A stretch of DNA of 32,000 nucleotides from Desulfocapsa sulfexigens DSM 10523 (GTDB taxonomy: Bacteria; Desulfobacterota; Desulfobulbia; Desulfobulbales; Desulfocapsaceae): assembly GCF_000341395.1 (NCBI RefSeq), contig NC_020304.1:1650001-1682000 (forward strand). The letters run 5' to 3'. Positions 1 to 7,342 of the stretch are shown here, in pieces; position 1 is the stretch's first letter; the number at the start of each line of letters is the position of its first letter. The notes under the pieces are model-generated. The model did no database searches. It was given only the letters and a program-made list of their open reading frames with translations, and was not told where the DNA came from. The position numbers and the translations under genes were made by a program.

Positions 1-672
1 AAACTTGCTCGGACTCATATCGTGTAACCACCTTACATACATTTCACTCTGTCGATAAAACATATGTGTTTTTAAGCCAAAGCTGCTTGCTGTTTTCCTG
101 AATATAAGGGCACCAGAACCATTTGGTTTGATGGTCTTTCCTTGGTATATAGCTTCAGCTGCTTCTTGCTCAGTAACCTTTTCGGCTCCACCCCCATTTG
201 ACACATAGACTGCCAAACCTTCTTTGAACCACACTGGTAATTTGGTTTGATAATTCCAACGACCAATATCCTGGGTGTGCTGTAAGTGTGACAGCTCATG
301 CGTGAGTATCCCTGGAATTCTATTTTTTTGTTTTAATAACTTTGGAGAAGCAAACAGCCTATCTCCAATAACGCAGCTAGATGGATATTTTGAAGCACAA
401 TAAGAAGAAAAGCTGTCAATAGATTTTGTTACGTAGATTACTACAGGTTTTTCGAATGCTCCTTGCTTGTTTTCAATAGTTTGTACGGCTGCCTCCAAGT
501 ATGGAGCTATTTCTTCAGCATATTTTATAGAACCATCTTCATACTTTATCCGGGAATCTTGTTTCAAACTCTGAAACCCGTCTGTTGATTTTGTCATTGC
601 GAGCACAGTGCTAAACGTTGTGCACCCATTTAACGCCAATAGACAAAAAATGATTATAGATATATAGCGCAT
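1..672 (-). CDS. Putative lipoprotein zinc metallopeptidase (gluzincin-like), truncated by window start
   Basis: Hand translation of the minus strand from ATG at 672 stays open to position 1: MRYISIIIFCLLALNGCTTFSTVLAMTKS...GILTHELSHLQHTQDIGRWNYQTKLPVWFKEGLAVYVSNGGGAEKVTEQEAAEAIYQG...MSPSKF. It has a lipobox-like LALNGC, an HExxH motif (HELSH) and a downstream LPVWFKEGLAVYVS segment typical of HExxH...E peptidases. The ORF track omits it, probably because it has no stop inside the window. Confidence 0.75.
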   Translation of the reverse strand, partial: MRYISIIIFCLLALNGCTTFSTVLAMTKSTDGFQSLKQDSRIKYEDGSIKYAEEIAPYLEAAVQTIENKQGAFEKPVVIYVTKSIDSFSSYCASKYPSSCVIGDRLFASPKLLKQKNRIPGILTHELSHLQHTQDIGRWNYQTKLPVWFKEGLAVYVSNGGGAEKVTEQEAAEAIYQGKTIKPNGSGALIFRKTASSFGLKTHMFYRQSEMYVRWLHDMSPSKF

Positions 673-687
673 GGGCACTCCTATCAA

Positions 688-775
688 ACATAACGACCCA
701 ACTCAGGCGACCGCTGCCGCAAGGCGATGCCAGGAGTGGTGCGGTGGCCGGTCGAACTGAAGCTCCGTATTATGC
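688..775 (-). repeat. attC-like imperfect inverted repeat (candidate integron recombination site)
   Basis: Minus strand reads GCATAATACGGAGCTTCAGTTCGACCGGCCACCGC...GCGGCAGCGGTCGCCTGAGTTGGGTCGTTATGT. The outer boxes CATAAT/GTTATG, the inner TTCAG/CTGAG and CGACCG/CGGTCG pairs, unpaired bases and a central loop match attC architecture. It lies 15 nt upstream of the lipoprotein ATG. Confidence 0.45.
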
Positions 776-996
776 ATTTCCTGAAATAACTGTTGTACTA
801 AAACCTTCATCAGAGGTGGGGGCAACAAAATACTTTGTAACCTGCTCAAACATCTCTGGCGTATCAGTTGCCGCCCTCTCGGGCTGTTCAGCGCGCCTTT
901 TAGCGATCCGCACTATGCAGGCATCGTTTGACAAATCAATGTAGATTTTCCTCAGTCTCTTTGCATAGCAGTGTTAAATAAATGGATAGTGTCCAT
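770..996 (-). pseudogene. Possible frameshifted small ORF ending at the attC-like site
   Basis: Minus strand ATG at 996 gives MDTIHLFNTAMQRD*. An overlapping frame continues ...RLRKIYIDLSNDACIVRIAKRRAEQPERAATDTPEMFEQVTKYFVAPTSDEGFSTTVISGNA* with its TAA at 770-772, inside the left box of the attC-like repeat. Confidence 0.3.
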
Positions 997-1389
997 GATA
1001 TTACCTTATGTCTGGTCACTTTTTCCACTTATTTTCGTACTGTGCTAGAGTATGTGAAAAACATCACCCATTTATTTCCTTTTACTTATATTTTCTACCA
1101 TATCAAATAGTAAGGCAACTAGATGGAAAGACAATGCCTGTCAACAACAGATTGCTTTAGAAGCTGTGAATATGTATCACATATATAGTGGAGGGTCCGG
1201 CGGTGAGGTTAATAAGTACCGTGATATAAGTTTGTTGGATGACTTTATGGTGATCCTGTCAAGGTGTGAGTATTTAGCCGGTAGTTCCCCGTTGACTCAA
1301 ATAACAACTTTAATTGATCATAGCAGAACTCTGTAGTAGTGTTTTGTCGATAGAGGTTCTTAGATGATTAGCAAGAGTGGGAGTTTTGA

Positions 1390-2406
1390 ATGGAATACAG
1401 ATATATCGGTCAAAGTGGCCTTCGGGTAAGTCCTGTTTGTCTTGGAACTATGACCTTTGGCTCCATGTGTGATAAAAAGACATCCTTTGCTATTATGGAT
1501 AAGGCTTATGATGCCGGGATTAATTTTTTAGATACTGCCGAGGTTTATCCGGTACCACCAAGGGCAAATACTATTGGTATAACGGAAGAAATTGTCGGTG
1601 AGTGGCTGCAGGGAAAAAACAGGGATTCCTTGATTATCGCGACAAAGGTTGCCGGTGCCGCTTCTGGCTGGTTTGTGCCGCCGGTACGTTCAGGGCTCAC
1701 TGCCATTGACGCCCACCATATCATAAAGGGTGTTGAAGGAAGTCTTCGTCGTTTGAAATGTGATTATATCGACCTGTATCAAATGCACTGGCCTGATTCC
1801 GTTGTCCCACGAGAAGAGTCTATGGAGGCTTTTGACAGTCTTGTTCGATCGGGAATGGTTCGTTATCTCGGGACATCCAATGATACCGCTTACGGAACAA
1901 CTAAATCCAATATGATTGCAAAATATCAGGGGTATAAGCGTTTTGAATCTATTCAAAATAACTTTTCACTCCTGAATCGCAGATTCCTTGATGAGATGGT
2001 CGAGATGTGCAGGCGGGAAAAAATTTCTCTGCTTCCCTATTCACCCATGGCCGGGGGAGTACTGACAGGAAAATATAACACAAGGCAGGAGGTTGCCGGG
2101 CGTTTTAGCGGTTATGCCAGGGATAATGATTCGAGAATACAGGCAATGGTCAGTCGTTTTGTGAATGAAAAAACACTTGCCTCCACCGCACGTTATATGG
2201 ATATTGCAGCCGATGCCGGTATCTCTTCCGCAACACTTGCCGTTGCCTGGAGCAAACAGTTTGATTTTGTGGCCTCAACGATTGTCGGGGCAACAACACC
2301 TGCGCAGCTGGATGACTCAATAGCTGCAATTGATTTTGAATTATCAGAAGATGTACTTTGCCAATGTGACGCTGTGCATAATGAGATTTTATATCCCATG
2401 GGCTAA
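1390..2406 (+). CDS. Aldo/keto reductase
   Basis: 338 aa ORF; MEYRYIGQSGLRVSPVCLGTMTFG, DAGINFLDTAEVYP, IDLYQMHWPD and YLGTSN are AKR superfamily motifs. Confidence 0.93.
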   Translation: MEYRYIGQSGLRVSPVCLGTMTFGSMCDKKTSFAIMDKAYDAGINFLDTAEVYPVPPRANTIGITEEIVGEWLQGKNRDSLIIATKVAGAASGWFVPPVRSGLTAIDAHHIIKGVEGSLRRLKCDYIDLYQMHWPDSVVPREESMEAFDSLVRSGMVRYLGTSNDTAYGTTKSNMIAKYQGYKRFESIQNNFSLLNRRFLDEMVEMCRREKISLLPYSPMAGGVLTGKYNTRQEVAGRFSGYARDNDSRIQAMVSRFVNEKTLASTARYMDIAADAGISSATLAVAWSKQFDFVASTIVGATTPAQLDDSIAAIDFELSEDVLCQCDAVHNEILYPMG

Positions 2407-2424
2407 CCCCGAAACGGAAAGAAA

Positions 2425-3657
2425 GTGACTTATCTTCGCAGCGTGCATTATGGTTGGATTGTTGTTCTGACCGGAGTCTTGACCATCGTCGCAGTTCTGG
2501 GACTTGGTCGTTTTTCCCTGGGGATGCTTCTTCCCTCCATGGGGAGTGATCTTGGTCTTGGTTACAGCAAGATGGGGTTTATCGGGACGGGGAATTTCTT
2601 TGGTTATCTGCTCGGCGTGCTCATGAGCAGCAGGCTTGTAAAGCGTTTTGACTACAGGTCTGTGATCAGCAGCGGAATATTCCTGGTGGGTGTCTCGATG
2701 GTTCTTGTGGGCAGGGCAAATGGATTCTGGCCGGTACTGATTGCTTTCTTTTTCACTGGTATCGGGAGTGGAATTGCCAACGTTCCTGTCATGGGGCTTG
2801 TTTCCCAGTGGTTTGGCTCGACCCTTCGTGGTCGCGCTGCAGGAATTATGGTGTCTGGGATCGGTTTGGGAATCATGATCACCGGCGTGTTGATCCCTGC
2901 CATTAATGGATGGGCCGGGCCGGGACAGGGATGGCGGACAAATTGGATGGTTCTGGGTGCAGTGGTACTCACAATCGCAGTTCTGTGCTCTTTGTTGATT
3001 CGAAACAGGCCTGGGGATTTAGGGTTGCAACTTGTTGAAAGAGTGGAAAAAAAATGTCGTGAAAAACAACAGAAGCCTCTCGTTGCAAAACCGTTTGATG
3101 CGGGAAAACGCACCCTGTTTCATCTCGGTGGAATCTATTTTTTCTTTGGTTTCACTGTTGTTATCTATGTGACCTTTGTCATCACCAGTTTGATCAATGA
3201 ATACGGGTTCAGCGAGGCCGTTGCCGGAAGGTTCTGGGTGTGGTTTGGTCTTTTAGGGACACTGTCAGGACCGATTTTCGGCTCTCTTTCCGATCGTTTC
3301 GGCAGGCCTCGGACTCTTGCCTTAGTTTACAGTCTCCAGGGGCTGTCCTTTCTGCTTCTTGCGTTGAATCCGCTTCCCGGGAGTGTCTACGCTTCCATCG
3401 GTCTTTTTGCCCTCTGTGCCTGGAGTGTTCCTTCAATTATGGCTGCAGCTATTGGGGATTATCTGGGGCCTTTAAAGGCTGCCGCCGGATTTGCCACCCT
3501 GACACTGTTTTTTAGTGTCGGACAGATTACTGGTCCCGCTCTTGCCGGGATTATGGCTGAAAACAGTGGGAATTTTTCCAGTGCCTACCTTTTGGCGGGA
3601 GGACTTATGGCTGTTGGGGCATTGAGCAGTGTCTTTCTGCCAAAGATGAGGCTGTAG
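2425..3657 (+). CDS. MFS transporter
   Basis: 410 aa, multiple hydrophobic segments, MFS-like signature GSLSDRFGRPRTL, located 18 nt after the reductase. Confidence 0.9.
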   Translation: MTYLRSVHYGWIVVLTGVLTIVAVLGLGRFSLGMLLPSMGSDLGLGYSKMGFIGTGNFFGYLLGVLMSSRLVKRFDYRSVISSGIFLVGVSMVLVGRANGFWPVLIAFFFTGIGSGIANVPVMGLVSQWFGSTLRGRAAGIMVSGIGLGIMITGVLIPAINGWAGPGQGWRTNWMVLGAVVLTIAVLCSLLIRNRPGDLGLQLVERVEKKCREKQQKPLVAKPFDAGKRTLFHLGGIYFFFGFTVVIYVTFVITSLINEYGFSEAVAGRFWVWFGLLGTLSGPIFGSLSDRFGRPRTLALVYSLQGLSFLLLALNPLPGSVYASIGLFALCAWSVPSIMAAAIGDYLGPLKAAAGFATLTLFFSVGQITGPALAGIMAENSGNFSSAYLLAGGLMAVGALSSVFLPKMRL

Positions 3658-3676
3658 TCTGCTCCCTAAAAAGGTA

Positions 3677-4576
3677 CTAGTCGTCTTCGGTATAGATCCC
3701 AGCCTCATTGAAGACCCGTGCCATGAGGAAATATGCTCGTGGGTTCATGTAGCTAAGCCTGACGTAGGTCTTGAGCTTTTTCATGGTGGCGGCATGGGTT
3801 TTAGCGGTGTCTATAGCGTTTTCCGGGCCACATTTGTCAAGGCTCAAATGATAGAGGTAGGCCGCCTTAACGATGCCGATGAGGAGCCGTGGCTCGGGAG
3901 TTATCTTTTCAAAGGATGATTTAAAACGGACAATATTTATAACCGTTGCTTCGTAGCCCAAAGTGCTGAGATACTGACATCCTTTGTCGATATGAGTTGC
4001 ATCTTCGTGCGGCGACGATATCTGAGTCCGACCAATATTGATCAAAAGAGCTCCCTTGCAAATTGTAGTAATATCCTGCGAGGTAACATCACTTCTCAGT
4101 GCGAGAATGGTGGCAAGGGAACATATGTCGAGGGATTGTTCCAGTATCTCCCTGTTCGAGTCGTTGAGTTTTTTTACATTCAACAAGGTGAGGTGGTCAT
4201 CATAGATACCTCCAAGACATTTCAGGAAGCTCTTACGTAATGGATTACCGCAGAAAATTCCGCTTAAAAATCTGGAGTCATTGAGTTTCTCCTTGAATTG
4301 ATGAATAAGAGAGTCGAGAACTTTTTTGGCTGGTTCTATCAGTTCAGTCTGGATGATTCGTTCGGCTGCAGGACTGATCCTGCCGACTTCAAAAAAATCA
4401 TGGTTTCGTTGAAGAAATGCTATATCTATACTGTCACTATTACGGGATGGAATGAGTTTGCCAGTCCTGTTCTCAAGCTTAAAATACTGAGTGACAGGTA
4501 TGTTGTCTCGTAGGAAATCTATTGGTAAGATAGAGCCTGTGGTAATTGCTGAAGTGCTGCAGATACTGGCAGGCAT
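3677..4576 (-). CDS. Uncharacterised protein with degenerate HD-like domain
   Basis: 299 aa ORF; LLINIGRTQIS...KGCQYLSTLG resembles the HD/HD-GYP layout (usually LLHDIGK...) without the catalytic HD pair. It follows two pilT-like genes on the same strand. Confidence 0.5.
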   Translation of the reverse strand: MPASICSTSAITTGSILPIDFLRDNIPVTQYFKLENRTGKLIPSRNSDSIDIAFLQRNHDFFEVGRISPAAERIIQTELIEPAKKVLDSLIHQFKEKLNDSRFLSGIFCGNPLRKSFLKCLGGIYDDHLTLLNVKKLNDSNREILEQSLDICSLATILALRSDVTSQDITTICKGALLINIGRTQISSPHEDATHIDKGCQYLSTLGYEATVINIVRFKSSFEKITPEPRLLIGIVKAAYLYHLSLDKCGPENAIDTAKTHAATMKKLKTYVRLSYMNPRAYFLMARVFNEAGIYTEDD

Positions 4577-4713
4577 AGCGGGATTTTCCTTTCGTGAGTC
4601 GGTGAAAATGAAATTATATTAGAAAATTAAAGATGTACTAGTATTTACTGACACTATAGGAAAAAGATATTTTTTACAAGAGGTTGGGTGAAATTATTTG
4701 TCCAATGCCTAAC

Positions 4714-5766
4714 TTATTCATGCTCGTTGAACAGGTTTTTATTTATAGCTTTCTCTCTTGCTGCTTCCCGGGATATTTGTTTGGTGTCCACCAGTTCCCG
4801 CAGGTGGCTGTCCATGGTCTGCATTCCCAGGGATTTACCTGTCTGAATCAGTGAGTCTATCTGGGTGATTTTTCCTTCTCTGATAATGGATGCCAGAGCT
4901 GATGAGCCGATTAAGACTTCAATTGCGGCGCACCTTCCCTTTCCATCGCGGGTTTTTAATAACTGCTGAGCAATAACTGCCTTGAGTGACTCAGAAAGCA
5001 TGGTTCTGGTCTGAGCCTGTTGCTCTGCGGGAAAGGCATTGATGATTCTATCAATCGTTTTTGCCGCACTGTTGGTGTGCAGTGTCCCAAAAACCAGGAT
5101 ACCGAGTTCGGCACAGGTCAGGGCCAGGGATATGGTCTCAAGATCTCGCATTTCGCCCACCAGAATGACATCGGGATCTTCTCTGTTTGCGACCATCAAA
5201 GCCGTGCCGAAGGTCTCTGCATGGGTACCGATCTCTCTTTGGGAAAAGATACATTTTTTGTTGGGATGGACAAACTCCAGGGGGTCTTCTATGGTGATGA
5301 TATGCTTTGGATAGGTATCGTTAATCAAATCGATAATTGCCGCCATGGTTGTTGACTTTCCGCTGCCGGTAGGTCCGGTTACCAGAACCAGGCCTCTCTC
5401 GTAAGAGGCTATTTTTTTGACTACATCTGGCATGCCGAGCTGATCGAGAGTGAGAATTTTGGTGGGAATAATCCGAAAGACTGCGCCGGGACCTCGATGC
5501 TGATATAAAAAATTACAACGAAATCGTCCCACACCCTCAAGTTCATAGGCCTTATCAAAATCTCTGTTTTTGTTAAAGGTTTCCTGTTGTCCTGGATCAA
5601 GTACTTCAAAGAGGATATCCTTGGCGGATTCTGCTGTGAGGGGAGGGGCATCGAGAGGGATAAGGTCTCCGCGAAGACGCAGCAGAGGTGGAAAACCGAC
5701 CACCATATGCAAGTCACTTGCACCATGTTTCTTCATCTGTTTGAAAAAAGTATCTATCTGAGCCAT
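4714..5766 (-). CDS. Type IV pilus retraction ATPase PilT/PilU family
   Basis: 350 aa; Walker A TGPTGSGKST, ITIEDPLEFVHPNKKCIFSQREIG, VILVGEMRDLETISLALTCAELGILVFGTLHTNSAAKTIDRIINAFP. Confidence 0.93.
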   Translation of the reverse strand: MAQIDTFFKQMKKHGASDLHMVVGFPPLLRLRGDLIPLDAPPLTAESAKDILFEVLDPGQQETFNKNRDFDKAYELEGVGRFRCNFLYQHRGPGAVFRIIPTKILTLDQLGMPDVVKKIASYERGLVLVTGPTGSGKSTTMAAIIDLINDTYPKHIITIEDPLEFVHPNKKCIFSQREIGTHAETFGTALMVANREDPDVILVGEMRDLETISLALTCAELGILVFGTLHTNSAAKTIDRIINAFPAEQQAQTRTMLSESLKAVIAQQLLKTRDGKGRCAAIEVLIGSSALASIIREGKITQIDSLIQTGKSLGMQTMDSHLRELVDTKQISREAAREKAINKNLFNEHE

Positions 5767-5838
5767 GAGTATCCTTTTACCGTTCGTAAAACTATGATCT
5801 GTTTTCCATGAGGGCGGGTTCTGATAATATCACTGCCA

Positions 5839-6933
5839 CTACTCCTGGTCATTTTCTTCCAGCTCGAGCTCCGGTTCTTGAGTCATAAAGCGTTTGAGCA
5901 TACTTTTCTTGTCAATGTTGGCCAGTGCCGCGTCCATTGAAATCTTTCCCGATTGGAGAAGCTCCACTATGGACTCATCCATCAGACGCATGCCGAGGTT
6001 TTTCCCCATCTGCATGGTGGAGTGAATCTGATAGGTTTTGTTGTCACGGATAAGATTGGCAACGGATAAATTTCCTATCAATATTTCAAGGGCGAGCTGC
6101 ATGGCATTCCCGTTTGAAGCAGGAATGAGACGCTGGGTGATGACGGCCTTGAGCGACTCGCTAAGCATGGCACGGATCTGGTTCTGTTCTCCGGAAGGAT
6201 AGGAATCAATAATCCTGTCAATGGTTTTAGCGGCGTTTGAAGTGGAAAGGGTACCGATGACAAGGTGTCCTGTTTCCGAAGCTGAAATAGCCAGGGAGAT
6301 GGTATCAAGATCCCTTAGTTCACCGATAACAATAACATCCGGATCCTGACGCAGAGCACCTTTGAGGGCATTTTTGTAGGAAAGGGTGTTGCTTCCGAGT
6401 TGTCGTTGATTGACGACTCCTTTTTTGAAGGGATGAATAAACTCAATGGGGTCTTCAACGGTTAGGATATGGTGGGCACGCCTTGAGTTGATATAGTCCA
6501 CCATTGCCGCAAGGGTAGTAGTTTTTCCATGTCCCGTTGCTCCCGTCACCAGTATTATCCCCTGGTGATTTTCAAGGGCCGCAGCAACCACATCGGGGAG
6601 CCCGAGCGTGGCAAGTGTCGGTATCTGTGGGGGGATAATGCGGAATACGCCACTGACTCCATTGTTATGCAGCATAGCGCTTCCCCGGAATCGTCCCACC
6701 CCTTCAAGCTCATAGGCAAAGTCAAGTTGCTGTTTTCTAGATAAAATGCCGCATTGGGTAGGACTCAGTAATTCTTCAACCAGACGTATGGTGTTTTCAG
6801 GAGTGAGGGTCTTGCTCTTCAGGCGCACCAGTTTGCCCATATGACGAACCATAAACGGTTCTCCGGGGATAACATGTACGTCCGAGGCATGCATTTCTGT
6901 GGCCCCTTTGAAAACTTTATCCAGTAATGCCAT
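5839..6933 (-). CDS. PilT/PilU-family ATPase, second paralogue
   Basis: 364 aa; Walker A variant TGATGHGKTT, ILTVEDPIEFIHPFKKGVVNQRQLG, VIVIGELRDLDTISLAISASETGHLVIGTLSTSNAAKTIDRIIDSYP. Confidence 0.92.
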   Translation of the reverse strand: MALLDKVFKGATEMHASDVHVIPGEPFMVRHMGKLVRLKSKTLTPENTIRLVEELLSPTQCGILSRKQQLDFAYELEGVGRFRGSAMLHNNGVSGVFRIIPPQIPTLATLGLPDVVAAALENHQGIILVTGATGHGKTTTLAAMVDYINSRRAHHILTVEDPIEFIHPFKKGVVNQRQLGSNTLSYKNALKGALRQDPDVIVIGELRDLDTISLAISASETGHLVIGTLSTSNAAKTIDRIIDSYPSGEQNQIRAMLSESLKAVITQRLIPASNGNAMQLALEILIGNLSVANLIRDNKTYQIHSTMQMGKNLGMRLMDESIVELLQSGKISMDAALANIDKKSMLKRFMTQEPELELEENDQE

Positions 6934-6962
6934 GGGGTGTCTCCCGGTAAGTTGGTTAGCTC

Positions 6963-7199
6963 CTAAAGCAGTTTTTCGGCAGGAAGGATAATCTCGATAT
7001 TACTGATAAGGAGGTTGATAAATTCTCCCCGAAGGATCTCTTGTTTGGCGTGATCGGTAACCGTGGCATTGGTGACAACCATAAACTTATTGGTCTCATT
7101 CATGAAGTCTGTTAACCTCGCGCCTGGTACGAGATCGATTGCTCCTTCAATGCGAAAATCTTTGGTGAGAATAATGACCTGCGTCTTGGGAGTAGACAT
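6963..7199 (-). CDS. Small conserved hypothetical protein
   Basis: 78 aa from a likely start at 7199 (MSTPKTQVIILTKDFRIEGAIDLVPGARLTDFMNETNKFMVVTNATV...), shorter than the ORF-track start at 7331. It lies directly upstream of the pilT-like gene, same strand. Confidence 0.6.
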   Translation of the reverse strand: MSTPKTQVIILTKDFRIEGAIDLVPGARLTDFMNETNKFMVVTNATVTDHAKQEILRGEFINLLISNIEIILPAEKLL

Positions 7200-7342
7200 G
7201 ATTCTTCCTCTTGCAGTTAGTGTTCTTTCTTCACTCCGGTTATCGCAGTGAAAGACGTTTGGGGAAATACTCCTATGAGTATCTGTCACAACGATAGAGA
7301 TGTCAATAAATCCATTTTTTATTGGTGGCAAAATATACAGGT

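Noticed and set aside
72-299. 75 aa ORF in the track (MSCHTYSTPRILVV...)
   Set aside because: Out of frame with the longer minus-strand frame containing the lipobox and HELSH; judged spurious.
744-944. 66 aa plus-strand ORF
   Set aside because: No recognisable domain, overlaps the attC-like repeat and the opposite-strand fragment; probably chance.
2652-3113. 153 aa antisense ORF inside the MFS gene
   Set aside because: Low-complexity Pro/Thr-rich translation typical of the antisense of a hydrophobic protein.
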